64,000 nucleotides of DNA from Mobula hypostoma (taxonomy: Eukaryota). Of this stretch, positions 1-12,070 are shown one piece after another (within the stretch, counting starts at the first letter, position 1; every line of letters begins with the position of its first letter). A program made the position numbers and the translations under genes. Under the pieces are notes generated by a model that worked only from the letters and a program-made list of their open reading frames with translations, did no database searches and was not told where the DNA came from. The stretch is from assembly GCF_963921235.1 (NCBI RefSeq), contig NC_086108.1, positions 105,836,001 through 105,900,000 of the forward strand, in the 5' to 3' direction.

Positions 1-2252
1 GTCAGTTCACAGATCTCTCAGTGGGTGACAATCTGGGGTCAGTGACCACCGCTCCCTGGCCTTTAACACTATCACACTATCATGGAAAGTGACCGGAAAT
101 TTTTTAATTATGAGGCTATAAGGCTAGAACTTGTGGGTGTGAATTGGGATGATGTTTTTGCAGGGAAATGCACTATGGACATGTGGTCAATGTTGGGGAT
201 CTCTTGCAGGATGTTAGGGATAAATTTGTCCCCGTGAGGAAGGTAAAGAATGGTAGGCTGAAGGATCCATGGGTGACAGGTGAGGTGGAAAATCTAGTCA
301 GGTGGAAGAAGGCAGCATACATGAGGTTTAGGAAGCAAGGATCAGATGGGTCTATTGAGGAATATAGGGTAGCAAGAAAGGAGCTTAAGAAGGGGCTGAG
401 GAGATAAAGAAGTGGGCATGAGAAGGCCTTGGCGAGTAGAGTAAAGGAAAACCCTGAGGCATTCTTCAATTATATGAAGAACAAAATGATGACAGAAGTG
501 AAGGTAGGACCAATTAGAGATAAAGGTGGGAAGATGTGCCTGGAGGCATGGAAGTGAGCGAGGTCCTCAATGAATTCTTCTCTTCACTATTCACCAATGA
601 GAGGGAACTTGATGATGGTGAGGACAATATGAGTGAGGTTGATGTTCTGCAGCATGTTGATATTAAGGAAGAGGAGGTGTTGGAGTTGTTAAAATACATT
701 AGGATGGATAAGTCCCCGGAGCCTGATGGAATATTCCCCAGGCTGCTCCACAAGGCGAGGGAAGAGATGGCTGAGCCTCTGGCTATGATCTTTATGTCCT
801 CTTTGTCCATGGGAATGGTACCGGAGGATTGGAGGGAGGCAAATTTTGTCCCCTTGTTCAAAAAAGGTAGTAGGGATAGTCCGGGCAATTTTAGACCAGT
901 GAGCCTTACGTATGTGGTGGGAAAGCTGTTGGAAAAGATTCTTAGAGATAGGATCTATGGGCATTCAGAGAATCATGGTCTGATCAGGGACAGTCAGCAT
1001 GGCTTTGTGAAGGGCAAATAGTGTCTAACAAGCCTGATAGAGTTCTTTGAGGAGGTGACCAGGCATCTAGATGAGGGTAGTGCAGTGGATGTGATCTACA
1101 TGGATTTTAGTAAGGCATTTGACAAGGTTCCACATGGTAGGCTTATTCAGAAAGTCAGAAGGCATGGGATCCAGGGAAGTTTGGCCAGGTGGATTCAGAA
1201 TTGGCTTGCCTGCAGAAGGCAGTGGGTCGTGGTGGAGGGAGTACATTCAGATTGGAGGATTGTGACTAGTGGTGTCCCACAAGGATCGGTTCTGGGACCT
1301 CTACTTCTTGTGATTTTTATTAATGACCTGGATGTGGGGGTAGAGGGGTGGGTTGGCAAGTTTGCAGACGACACAAAGGTTGGTGGTGTTGTGGATAGTG
1401 TAGAGGGTTGTCGATCATTGCAGAGAGACATTGATAGGATGCAGAAGTGGGCAGAGAAGTTGCAGATGGAGTTCAACCCGGAGAAGTGTGAGGTGGTACA
1501 CTTTGGAAGGATAAACTCCAAGGCGGAGTACAAAGTAAATGGCAGGATATTTGGTAGTGTGGAGGAGCAGAGGGATCTGTGGGTACATGTTCAGCGCACC
1601 ATGAAAGTTGCCTCACAGGTAGATAGTGTATTTAAGAAAGCTTATGGGGTGTTAGCTTTCATAAGTCGAGGGATAGAGTTTAAGAGTCGTGAGGTAATGA
1701 TGCAGCTCTATAAAATTCTGGTTATGCCATACTTGGAGTACTGTGTCCAGTTCTGGTCACCTCACTATAGGAAGGCTGTGGAAGCATTGGAAAGGGTACA
1801 GAGGAGATTCAACAGGATACTGCCTGGTTTAGAAAGTATGCATTATGATCAGAGATTACGGGAGCTAGGGCTTTACTCTTTGGAGAGAAGAGGATGAGAG
1901 GAGACATGATAGAGGTATACAAGATATTAAGAGGAATAGATAGAGTGGACAGCCAGCGCCTCTTCCCCAGGGCACCACTGCTCAGTACAAGAGGACATGG
2001 CTTTAAGGTAAGGGGTGGGAAATTCAAGGGGGATATTAGAGGAAGGTTTTTTACTCAGAGAGTTGCTGGTGCGTGGAACGCACTGCTTGAGTCAGTGGTG
2101 GAGGCAGATACACTAGTGAAATTTAAGGGACTACTGGACAGGTATATGGAGGAATTTAAGGAGGTGGGTTATATGGGAGGCAGGGTTTGAGGGTCAACAC
2201 AACATTGTGGGCCGAAGGGCCTGTACTGTGCTGTACTATTCTATGTTCTATG
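1..2252 (+). mobile_element. CR1 LINE, 3' part of ORF2 (frameshifted RT) with 3' UTR and (TTCTATG)n tail
   Basis: ORFs 168-2190 carry CR1 RT motifs (NFRPVSLT, QHGF, DFSKAFDKVPH, GVPQGSVLGP, KFADDTK, LEYCVQFWSP, TRGH) split by frameshifts. Tail reads GGGCCGAAGGGCCT...TTCTATGTTCTATG. Confidence 0.95.
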
Positions 2253-2470
2253 TCCTAATGCTACGGTACCTGTACCCGAAGGTGTGGGGGGGGGGGGCAC
2301 GGGAATCAAAAGGATTATTGGATGAATGGGAGGGATCCTTGACTATGTTATGGATCCTGCTTATGAAGCAGTCCAGATAAATTTCTTGGATGGGTGGAAG
2401 AGAGACCCCGAAGACCCTCTCAGGAGATCTTGCAATCCTTTGTCCGGTCTTGCAATGGGTAGGAATGATG
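2253..2470 (-). mobile_element. Degenerate Rex1/Babar-type LINE C-terminal fragment
   Basis: Minus-strand translation ERVFGVSLPPIQEIY...IVKDPSH...RYRSIRT resembles the Rex1 ORF C-terminus. Confidence 0.6.
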
Positions 2471-3254
2471 GTCGAGAATACAAAGAGTATGTTGTACTGA
2501 AGGGTCAAGATCTGAGAAATGCCTCCCAAACAGTATTGCAGAAATGCCCTAACCGAATGGCTGAAAATATCTTGCTGCCATCCAGTGCATGTGAAGATCC
2601 ACACTGCTGTAAATCTGCTTTTTAAATAGGGCAATGTTATTTGTGTTAATGTGATGATGGCAAAGTTACTACAAAAGGGTGATGACAGGCTCAAAATTGA
2701 ACTGACAGCTTAATAAAGTGTGTAATATGAAATGGCACACAAAATGTCGATCATTAGGAACTTTAGTGATGGATGAAATGGAGTTCTCCTGTGGATTAAA
2801 ACAGGAGCAGCGACTGTAACTGATTTTTCAGCAGCCGCTCAATACTAACTTGATATTTCACATGAACAAGGCTCCTTGGTGGATGCTGTTGATCTTTAAT
2901 TAATTAATTAGTTTAGAGAAATAGCGTGGAACAGGTCCTCTGGTCCAGTGAGCCACACTGCCCAGCAACCCACCTATTTAACCTAGCCTAATCAAAGGGT
3001 TCAATTCAATATCAGAGAATGTAGACAGTAGCCAACCCAAAATTCTTACTCTTCACAGACATCCACAAAGCAGAAATGAAATCAGTGAATGAACTGAAAT
3101 GACTCCACAGCATACAGACAAACCTTCAAGGACTTCTCACAACCCAAGTTCTTAGTATTTGCCTCTTTTTATTTTCACAGTTTGTCTTTCTTTGCATAAT
3201 TTTTGCTTTTCAGTCTTTGTGCACATTTTCATAAAATTCCATTTTTCTTCTATT

Positions 3255-3615
3255 TTGATAGATAGGGTAAGAGTATATAGGTAGGGTAAATCTAGATGGG
3301 GCTGCCTTTTTCTGCTGAGGGTGGATGGAACTACAACTAGAGGTCCTGGGTTAAGGGTGAAAGGTGAAAAGTCTAAGGGGAACATGAGGGGAAACTTCTT
3401 CATTCAGAGAGGAATGAGAATGTAGAATGAGCTGCCAGCACAAGTGATGCTCGATTTCAATGTTTAAGAAAAGTTTGGATAGGTACATGGATAGCAGGGG
3501 TATGGAGGGTTATGGTCCCAGTGCAGGTTGATGGGACTAGGCTGCTTAAATGGTTCGGTATGGACTTGATGGGCTGAAGGGCCTGTTCCTGTGTTGTACT
3601 TCTCTATGAATCTGT
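3255..3615 (+). mobile_element. 5'-truncated CR1 3' end
   Basis: TRG(H/P)-type coding remnant, then GGGCTGAAGGGCCTGTT and a TTCTCTATG tail. Confidence 0.8.
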
Positions 3616-4279
3616 GACTCTCAAGAACATGAATCTGAATGTAGTATATGGTAACTGTAACAACAAACTGGAAAAAAATCACATGTAGTTGGTGTTCAAA
3701 TAACGGGTGATTTATTAAAAACGTGTGTGCAGCAGGCGACGAGCCAAATCTGATCTACCTGAGCATGAATTTGGTAAGGCTTTTACACTCTGCGTTAATG
3801 ACCAGTAAGTCTACATTTTGAATACTGAATGGTGGCTACATTCTGTAGACTTACTTAAGTAACAGACCAGCTCCTAATTACAGAATAAAACAACTATCTG
3901 AAGGTCAGCAGCAAACCCAATTTTCTATGATAACAATGGATGCGCGCTATAACATGATAAATGAAGTTCCTGAAACTTGGGTGTTGTCCATGTCTCTGCT
4001 TTCGTTTGTGGTTCCCTGCTACCAATTAGACACCATCCACATCACTATTAGCCTTCACTCTCTTTCTCCTACAACAGTAACATATTCATGGCTTAATAAT
4101 AAGTTTACTTTGAACTTTGAAAGGGATAAAAGAGACAATAGGCTCACCAGCAATTCCTCCTCAATAGTAAGAGGGGAAGGCAAGAGAAGGATACAACTCG
4201 GGCTTGCATTCAGGCCCTGTGAGTCTTAGGTCAAAGGAATTCCTATGTAGGGAGCAGTCAGTATCTAAAGGGCAGGCTA

Positions 4280-4660
4280 ATGAGAAACTAGGACTTTTCT
4301 CTTTGGAGTGAAGGATGATAAAAGGTGACTTGTTAGAGGTGCACAAGATGATAAGAGGCAAAGATGAAATAGATAGCCAGAAACTTCTTCCCAGGGTGGG
4401 CAAGGAAAATATGAAGGGCCATTTTATGGTGATTCAAAAAAAGTAGAGGGGATTTATTTTTAAGTAAATAAGTAATTTATTTACTTATTTGTTTTTACAC
4501 AGAGAGTGGTGGGTGCATGGAACACTCTGCCAGGGGTGGCGGTAGAGATAGATACATCAGGGGCATTTCAGGAACACACAGATATAGGCACGTGGATGAT
4601 AGAAAAATAGAGGACTATGTAGGAAGGATGGGTTCGATTGACCTTAGAGTAGGTTACAGA
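4280..4660 (+). mobile_element. Degenerate CR1 3' fragment
   Basis: GLFSLE..GDLLEVHKMIRG remnant and CAGAGAGTGGTGGGTGCATGGAAC. Confidence 0.75.
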
Positions 4661-5039
4661 GGATGTCGTTCTTTTGTGGCAGCAGTACAGTAGAAAGGTA
4701 TAAAAATCTATGAATTACAGGAATAAATAGTAGGAACTAAAGGAATTATGAGGAAGTGTTGATAGGTTCAAGGACCAAACCAGAAATCTGATGGTAAAGG
4801 GTAAAAAGCTGTTCCAAAATTATTGAGTGTTTGGCTTCAGGCTCCTGTACCTCCACCCTGATGATAGTGACAAGAAGCAGGCATGTCCCAGATGATGACA
4901 TCTGAAACACTTTAAAACCTTGGGCTGCAATGCTGGTGCTATACAGGTTTTCTGGGAAATATTAACCAAATCATAACCAAGTAAGTACAAGCAAGGAGTT
5001 GTAATCACTGTAAATCTTCTTAACTCAATAAAGTCTTTG

Positions 5040-6476
5040 AACATCTCCACTGAGGCTCCGGAGGGTTCCTGTACTGTGGAAGATGTCCTGCCTCGACCCT
5101 GTGCCGAAGATGCCGCGCCCCAGCGGCCTCAATGACTACAGACCGGTGGTGTTGACCTCTCACATCATGAAGATCCTGGAGAGACTTGTTCTGGAGTTGC
5201 TCTGGCCTATGGTCAGGCCTCACTTAGATCCCCTCCAGTTCACCTACCAGCCCCGACTAGGAGTTGAGGATGCCATTGTCTACCTGCTGAACCGTGTCTA
5301 CGCCCACCTGGACAAGCCAGCGAGCACTGTGAGGGTCATGTTTTTTGACATCTCCAGTGCGTTCAACACCATCCGCCCTGCTCTGCTGGGGGAGAAGCTG
5401 ACAGCGATGCAGGTGGATGCTTCCCTGGTATCATGGATTCTTGATTACCTGACTGGCAGACCACAGTATGTGTGCTTGCAACACTGTGTGTCCGACAGAG
5501 TGATCAGCAGCACTGGGGCTCCACAGGGGACTGTCTTGTCTCCCTTTCTCTTCACCATTTACGCCTCAGACTTCAACTACTGCACAGAGTCTTGTCATCT
5601 TCAGAAGTTTTTGGATGACTCTGCCATAGTTGGATGCATCAGCAAGGGAGATGAGGTTGAGTACAGGGCTACGGTAGGAAACTTTGTCACATGGTGTGAG
5701 CAGAATTATCTGCAGTTTAATGTGAAAAAGACTAAGGAGCTGGTGGTAGACCTGAGGAGAGCTAAGGTACCAGTGACTCCTATTTCCATCCAAGGGGTCA
5801 GTGTGGACATGGTGGAGGATTACAAATACCTGGGGATACGAATTGACAATAAACTGGACTGGTCTAAGAACACTGAGGTTGTCTACAAGAAGGGTCAGAG
5901 CTGTCTGTATTTCCTGAGGAGACTGAGGTCCTTTAACATCTGCCGGACAATGCTGAAGATGTTCTATGAGTCTGTGGTGGCCAGTGCTATCATGTTTGCT
6001 GTTGTGTGCTGGGGCAGCAGGCTGAGGGTAGCAGACACCAACAGAATCAACAAACTCATTCGTAAGGCCAGTGATGTTGTGGGGATGGAACTGGACTCTC
6101 TGACGGTGGTGTCTGAAAAGCTGTCTAAGTTGCATGCCATCTTGGTCAATGTCTCCCATCCACTACATAATGTACTGGTTGGGCACAGGAGTACATTCAG
6201 CCAGAGACTCATTCCTCCGAGATGCAGCACAGAGCGTCATAGGAAGTCATTCCTGCCTGTGGCCATCAAACTTTACAACTCCTCCCTTGGAGGGTCAGAC
6301 ACCCTGAGCCGGTAGGCTGGTCCTGGACTTATTTCATAATTTACTGGCATAATTTACATATTATTATTTAACTATTTATGGTTCTATTACTATTTATTAT
6401 TTATGGTGCAACTGTAACGAAAACCAATTTCCCCCGGGATCAATAAAGTATGACTATGACTATGACTATGACTATG
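5040..6476 (+). mobile_element. Rex1/Babar LINE, 5'-truncated, young, with (TATGAC)n tail
   Basis: Uninterrupted 410-aa RT ORF; 3' UTR ends AATAAAG followed by TATGAC repeats. Confidence 0.92.
5083..6315 (+). CDS. Rex1/Babar reverse transcriptase (element-encoded, truncated)
   Basis: Motifs NDYRPV, LDPLQF, FFDISSAFNTI, GAPQGTVLSPFLF, KFLDDS, YKYLG, SFLPVAIKLYN. Confidence 0.9.
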   Translation: MSCLDPVPKMPRPSGLNDYRPVVLTSHIMKILERLVLELLWPMVRPHLDPLQFTYQPRLGVEDAIVYLLNRVYAHLDKPASTVRVMFFDISSAFNTIRPALLGEKLTAMQVDASLVSWILDYLTGRPQYVCLQHCVSDRVISSTGAPQGTVLSPFLFTIYASDFNYCTESCHLQKFLDDSAIVGCISKGDEVEYRATVGNFVTWCEQNYLQFNVKKTKELVVDLRRAKVPVTPISIQGVSVDMVEDYKYLGIRIDNKLDWSKNTEVVYKKGQSCLYFLRRLRSFNICRTMLKMFYESVVASAIMFAVVCWGSRLRVADTNRINKLIRKASDVVGMELDSLTVVSEKLSKLHAILVNVSHPLHNVLVGHRSTFSQRLIPPRCSTERHRKSFLPVAIKLYNSSLGGSDTLSR

Positions 6477-6519
6477 TTTTATTTTCTCAATAAAATAAAC
6501 AACTAGTTCCCCTCCACCA

Positions 6520-8250
6520 CTACCCTCCTCTGTCTGACAGAACTGGTCTCACCCTCAACAATTTTTCCTTTAGCTCCTCCCATTTTCTCCAGACTTGAAG
6601 GGTAGCCATGGGCAACTGCTCAGGTCCCAGCTATGCCTACCTTTTTGTTGGCTACATCGAACATTCAGATCCAAGCTTTCCTTGATAACGCTCCACAATT
6701 GTTCCTCTGCTACATTGACAACTGCATTGGTGCTGCTTTATGCACCCAATCTGAGATTGTCAATCTTATCAACTTTGCCTCCAATTTCCACACTGCCCTT
6801 AAATTCACTTGGTCCATTTCTGACACCTCTCTCCCTCTTTCTTGATCTCTCTGTCTCCATCTCCGGAGACAAACTGTCGACCAACATCATTTATGAATCT
6901 GCTGATTCCTACAGCGATCTTGACTATACCTCTTCCCACCCTGTCACCTATGAAAATGTTATTTTCTTTTCTCAGTTTCTCCACCTCCACCACATCTGTT
7001 CCCAGGATGTGGCTTTCTGTTCCAGGACATCAGAGATGTCTTCTGTCTACAAAGAACAGGGTCTCCCTTCCTCCACCATAGATGCAGCCCTCACGTGCAT
7101 CTCCTCCATTTCCCAAATATCTGCACTCACCCCATCTTCCCACAGTCTTAACAGTGATCCTTAACAGAGTTCCTTTTGCCATTAACTACCTCCCCATCAG
7201 CCACTGCGTCCAACACATCATTCTTCACAACTTCCAGCCATCTCCAGAGGGGTCCGACCAACAAACATATCTTTACGTCCTCCCTTCTCCACTTTCTGCA
7301 GGGATTGCTCCCTCCATGATTCCCTTGTCATTTCATCCCTCCCCACTAATCACCCTCCCTGCACAACCCTGCAAGCAGCCAAAGTGCTACACCTGCCTGT
7401 TCATCTTCTCCCTCACCTCCATTTGAGGCCTTCCAGGTGAGGCAACACTTCACCTGTGAATCTGCTGGGGTCATTTGTTGAATACAGTGCTCCCAGTGCG
7501 GCTTCCTCTACACTGGTGAGACCACTCACAAATTGGGGGACTGCTTTGTCTAGCCCTCTGCTCCATCTACCAGGAGTGGACCTTCCCGGTCCCCTAACAT
7601 TTTAATTCCAATTCCAATTTCCACTCTGACATGTCAGTCCACGGCCTCCTCTTGTACCACTGTAAAACCATCCTCAGGGTGGAGGAGAAGCAACTTAAAT
7701 AAGACCATAAGACATAGGAGCAGAATTAGGCCATCTGGCCCATCAGTTATGCTCCACCATTCAAGCATGGCTGATCCTTTTTTCCTATCTCCTTCTCAAC
7801 CCCAGTTCCTGTCCGTCTCCCCGTAACCTTCGATGCCTTGTCTAATCAAGAACCTATCAATATCTGCCTTAAATACACCCAACGACCTGGCCTCCACAAC
7901 TGCATGTGGCAACAAATTCCACAAAATTCACCACCCTTTGGCTAAAGGAATTCTGTCTGGCTAGCCTCCAAACTGATGGCATGAATATCAATTCCTCCTT
8001 CAGGTAAAAAATGCTTTTCCACCCCTTCCTCTCTATGTATATTCCCCTCTCTGGCCTCTTATCTCTTCTAAATTTACCTATCACCTTCTTGCTGTCCTCA
8101 TTTCCCTCTCCCCACCTTTTCATTCTCGGGTCTTCCCCCTTATTTTTCAGCCCTGAAGGAGGATTTTGACCCAAAATGTTGACTGTTTGCTGATTTCCCT
8201 GGATGCTGCCTGACCTGCTGAGTTCCTCCAGCATTCTGTGTGTGTTACTT
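6520..8250 (+). mobile_element. Degenerate Penelope-like element (RT + GIY-YIG + 3' end), interrupted by a CR1 tail at ~7700-7952 (minus)
   Basis: Motifs KGVAMG, YIDNCIG, LKFTWSIS, FLDLSVSI, LDYTSSHP, VRQHFTCES. Sequence resumes at ~7955 (CTGGCTAGCCTCCAAACTGATGGCATGAA) and ends with GATGCTGCCTGACCTGCTGAGTTCCTCCAGC. Confidence 0.85.
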
Positions 8251-8491
8251 CTAAGGCATTGTTCACTGCTGGGTCCTCAGGTGGCTGTAGAAGCCAATCT
8301 GGTATCCACATATTCTGGTGCAGTGTGGGTAAGAATAACTGGTTGGGACTTCGCTAACCTTCCACAGCTACCACTTTTACTCTGTGGTGCCACGGAAGTC
8401 GTTTTCATGTAGCATAGCTCCCTCTTGAACAGATTTCCTCCAGGTATATCTATTGAGTGCCACGTCTTCTCAGATTTTAGTTGTAATGGCG

Positions 8492-9110
8492 GGAGGAGAA
8501 GATGGCGGCGTGCCGTGCGTGCGCAGCCTTCCAATGAAAAATGATGTCGTATCTGTTAAATAGGGGCCGTGGACAATTCTGATTTGATGGAGAATGGACA
8601 TGAAAGCACAGAAGAACATCTGGAGACATTTCTGAAACGCCCGTTCACTGCTGTCATTACTGTGTGGTCGGGAATCTTTCGGAGGGTAGGCCTCAAAATC
8701 CCCGACCTTGCCTGCTTTTGGTGACCGAGAAGGAGGTCGAATCGTTCGGACAGAGATGACGCTCAATACTCGGTGTCGGAGAGCTGATCAGAGCTCAAAG
8801 TTTTCGGATGACTCAGGGTTGGATTGTGGTCGGCATGGCAGAGAGAGTTTTTCTTCCTTCTCCCGTCTGCGTGAGATGTGGGACATTTGAGAAACTTTGA
8901 ACTTTACTGTGCTCACGGACTTCTTCATCAAGTTATGGTATTGTGCACTGTGGTAACTATATGTTATAATTATGTGGTTTTGTCAGCTTTTTTCAGTCTT
9001 GGTCTGTCCTGTGTTTTGTGATATCACACCGGAGGAAATAATGTATCATCTCTTAATGCATGCATTACTAAATGACAATAAAAGAGGACTACGTGTCTTC
9101 ATAATCCTAA
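8492..9110 (+). mobile_element. Non-autonomous SINE-like retroelement with AAGATGGCG head and terminal stem-loop
   Basis: Homologous to 36062-36744 (minus). Starts GGAGGAGAAGATGGCGGCG, has hairpin 9084-9100, and is flanked by TAATGGCG/TAATGGTG (TSD). Confidence 0.8.
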
Positions 9111-9639
9111 TGGTGATTTTGCTTCTTCGAAGCATTTCTTTAGTCCACCAGGGGCTTGCTTACCTTCCTTCAAATGGGAGCAAGTGATCTGTTTGGGGAG
9201 GCATGAGTTAGGCATCTGAATGACACAGCCTACCCACCCTATGAGCCTGTCCTGTGCTGTCATGTTCCATGTTCTGCATTCTACATTCTAACTGCCCCAC
9301 CTCTATCTGTTGGCCATCTAATTTTACCATAAAAATTGAATTGAGGAAAATTACATCCAACAGTACTTCTGTGCTCATTGAGCAATCCCACCTGGAAGCT
9401 TTTCTTCTGGAAGCTTCTATTCTGTTCATCAACTTCTACCTCATTCTGGTGCTTCAAAACTGGTGTCAATTGCAGGGAATTAAAACAATGTGCAAATCAA
9501 GTCACTTATTGAGCAAATTTGCATTCCCAATTAACTACTGATTAACATGAATTTAACAAGCAAAAAAGCAATTAACACAAAGTCAGTGCATTAATGTGTA
9601 TTATAAAAAGGAAGGAGAAAAGATCTTACATTTTAAATT

Positions 9640-9790
9640 ATGCCATATATGTCCTTGGGGCTTCCCAAAGCTTTTAATGGCCAGTGAATTATTTTTGATG
9701 GACAGTCCTCGACACTGCGGATGGGCCTTGATTTAACATCTTATCACTCGAGCACCTTGTCAAGAACACCCACTCCTTCCACACAAACCC
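9640..9790 (-). mobile_element. Ancient DeuSINE-like (AmnSINE1/SacSINE1-type) remnant
   Basis: CCCAAAGCTTTTAATGGCCAGTGAA and GGGCCTTGATTTAACATCTTATC resemble the Deu domain as I recall it. A second piece lies at ~10190-10263 (GCACAGCAAGATGCCGCAAACA). Confidence 0.5.
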
Positions 9791-10584
9791 TCAATATTAA
9801 GCAACGTGCAGGCTGTAAGAGTGCTTTTCAACACCACCCCCTCCTCTAACAAATACCTGTAATTTCTCAGAGAGACCTGGATAAATATATCCACATTCTT
9901 GTCGCATCTGCCATTTTGAGACAACTCATTGAAAGCTGTTACAGCTTTGCAAGGTTGGTAGGCAACCAGAGAGCCTCGGGAAACGTATAACATTTAAATC
10001 CGTGATTCCTGCAGTTTGCATGTTTACTGATACCATCAGTGCCCAGTGTTCTGATTGAAAATGTATCCAACAATATCAATTAGAACCAGTCCTTGCTAAT
10101 CCTCCAGGTTTGCAGTGATTAAACAGGTAAATTAGCAAATAAATAAGAAAAGAAGTCTTTCCCTTCATAATCCCGGGATTCACAAGCAGCAGAGTACTTC
10201 TACATTGTAGGCACTATAGTGAAATGCACAGCAAGATGCCGCAAACAATAATGAGACTATCAGGGAATATTGTCTCTTTTCTCCTCTCCCATTGGGCAGA
10301 AGATACGAAATCCTGAAGACAAGTATCACCAGACTCAAAGACAGTTTCTACCCCACTGTTATCAGACTCTTGAATTGTTCTCTTGTCTGCTAAAATGAAC
10401 TCTTAACCTCACAATCTACCCCATTATGACTTTTCACCTTATTATTTGCCTGCAATTTGTAGGTGTTATCATATCAGAAGATCTGTCCTAAGATCTGTGC
10501 GTAATTGCTATTTCAGTGAAGGCACGCCAGAACTGCTACCTTCTTAGAAGTTTGCACAGATTCGGCATGTCATCTACTAAAACT

Positions 10585-11447
10585 TTGTGGACAGTGTGGA
10601 GGGCTGTCAGAGGTTACAGCGGGACATCGATAAGATGCAAAAGAAGTGGCGGATGGAGTTCAACCCAGATAAGTGTGAAGTTTTTCATTTTGGTAGGTCA
10701 AATAGGATGGCAGAATATAGTATTAATGGTAAGACTCTTGGCAGTGTGGAGGATCAGAAGGATCTTAGGGTCCGAGTTCATAGGGCGCTCAAAGCAGCTG
10801 TGCAGGTTGATTCTGTGGTTAAGAAGGCATATGGTGCATTGGCCTTCATCAACCGTGGGATTGAGTTTAGGAGCTGAGAGGTAATGTTGCAGTTATATAG
10901 GACCTTGGTCAGACCCCACTTGGAGTACTGTGCTCAGTTCTGATCACCTTTCGACAGGGAGGATGTTGGAAACTACAGAAAGGGTGCAGAGGAGATTTAC
11001 AGGGATGTTGCCTGGATTGGGGATCATGCCTTATGAGAATAGGTTGAGTGAACTTGGCCTTTTCTCCTTGGAGCGACGGAAGATGGAGAGGTGACCTGAT
11101 AGAGGTGTATAAGATGATGAGAGGCATTGATCGTGTGGATAGTCAGAGGCTTTTTCACAGGGCTGAAATGGCTAGCACAAGAGGGCACAGATTTAAGCTG
11201 CCTGGAAGTAGGTACAGAGGAGATGTCAGGGGTAAGTTTTTTACGCAGAGTGGTGAGTGCGTGGAATGGGCTGCCTGCGACAATGGCGGAGGCGGATACG
11301 ATAGGGTCTTTTACGAGTCTCCTGGATAGGTACATGGAGATGATAAAAATAAAGCGTAATTTCTAAAGTAAGGACATGTTTGGCACAGCATTGCGGGCCG
11401 AAGTGCCTGTATTGTGCTGTAGCTTTTTTATGTTTATGTTTTCTATA
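10585..11447 (+). mobile_element. CR1 3' fragment nested in a degenerate Rex1-type fragment (~10460-11610)
   Basis: ORFs 10587-11366 carry MEFNPDKCEV, VVKKAYG, TRGH. The flanks (LRSLHRFGMSSTK; AGCCCAGTTCATCACAGG) are Rex1-type. Confidence 0.85.
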
Positions 11448-12070
11448 AAGCCCAGTTCATCACAGGAAAAGCTCTCCTACCATTGAGAATATCTACAAAG
11501 AACTTTACCTCAGGAAAGCAGCATCCATCATCAGGGTCCCTCAATATCCAGGCCATGTTCTCTTCTTGCTGCTACCACTGGGAAGGAGGCACAGGAGCCT
11601 CAGATCACATACCATCAGGCTTAGAAACCTTCAAAACAGAGCTAGATGGAACTGAACATTCCTGGACTGTTTCAATGGCTTTGTAGTTTGATATTTTGTA
11701 TTCTGTATTTTTTCACTCGTTTTTATTCAATTGTTCTTTTGTTCAATTTGTTCTTTTTTTGCGCATTGGGGGAGTGATGCTTTTCTTTGTGGGGGTTCCA
11801 TGATTTTCTTTGTTTTGTGGCTGTGGGTGGACGAATCTCAGGTTTGTATACTGCACACATACTTTGATAATAAAGGTACTTTGAATCAGTTCAGCAGGGG
11901 ATTAAGGTAAAATAAGCTCAGCTTCATTTGTCACAGGTACATCGAAATATGTGGTTAAATTTGTCATTTGAATCAACCAGCATCACCTGTGGATGGGCAG
12001 GGGTCAGCCCGCAAGTGATGTCATGTGGGCTGCCAACATAGCATGCCCACTGTAAGGTATGGATCTGGAC

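Noticed and set aside
9208..9541. Overlapping 60-95 aa ORFs on both strands
   Set aside because: No recognisable homology or convincing splice sites; ORFs of this size are expected by chance.
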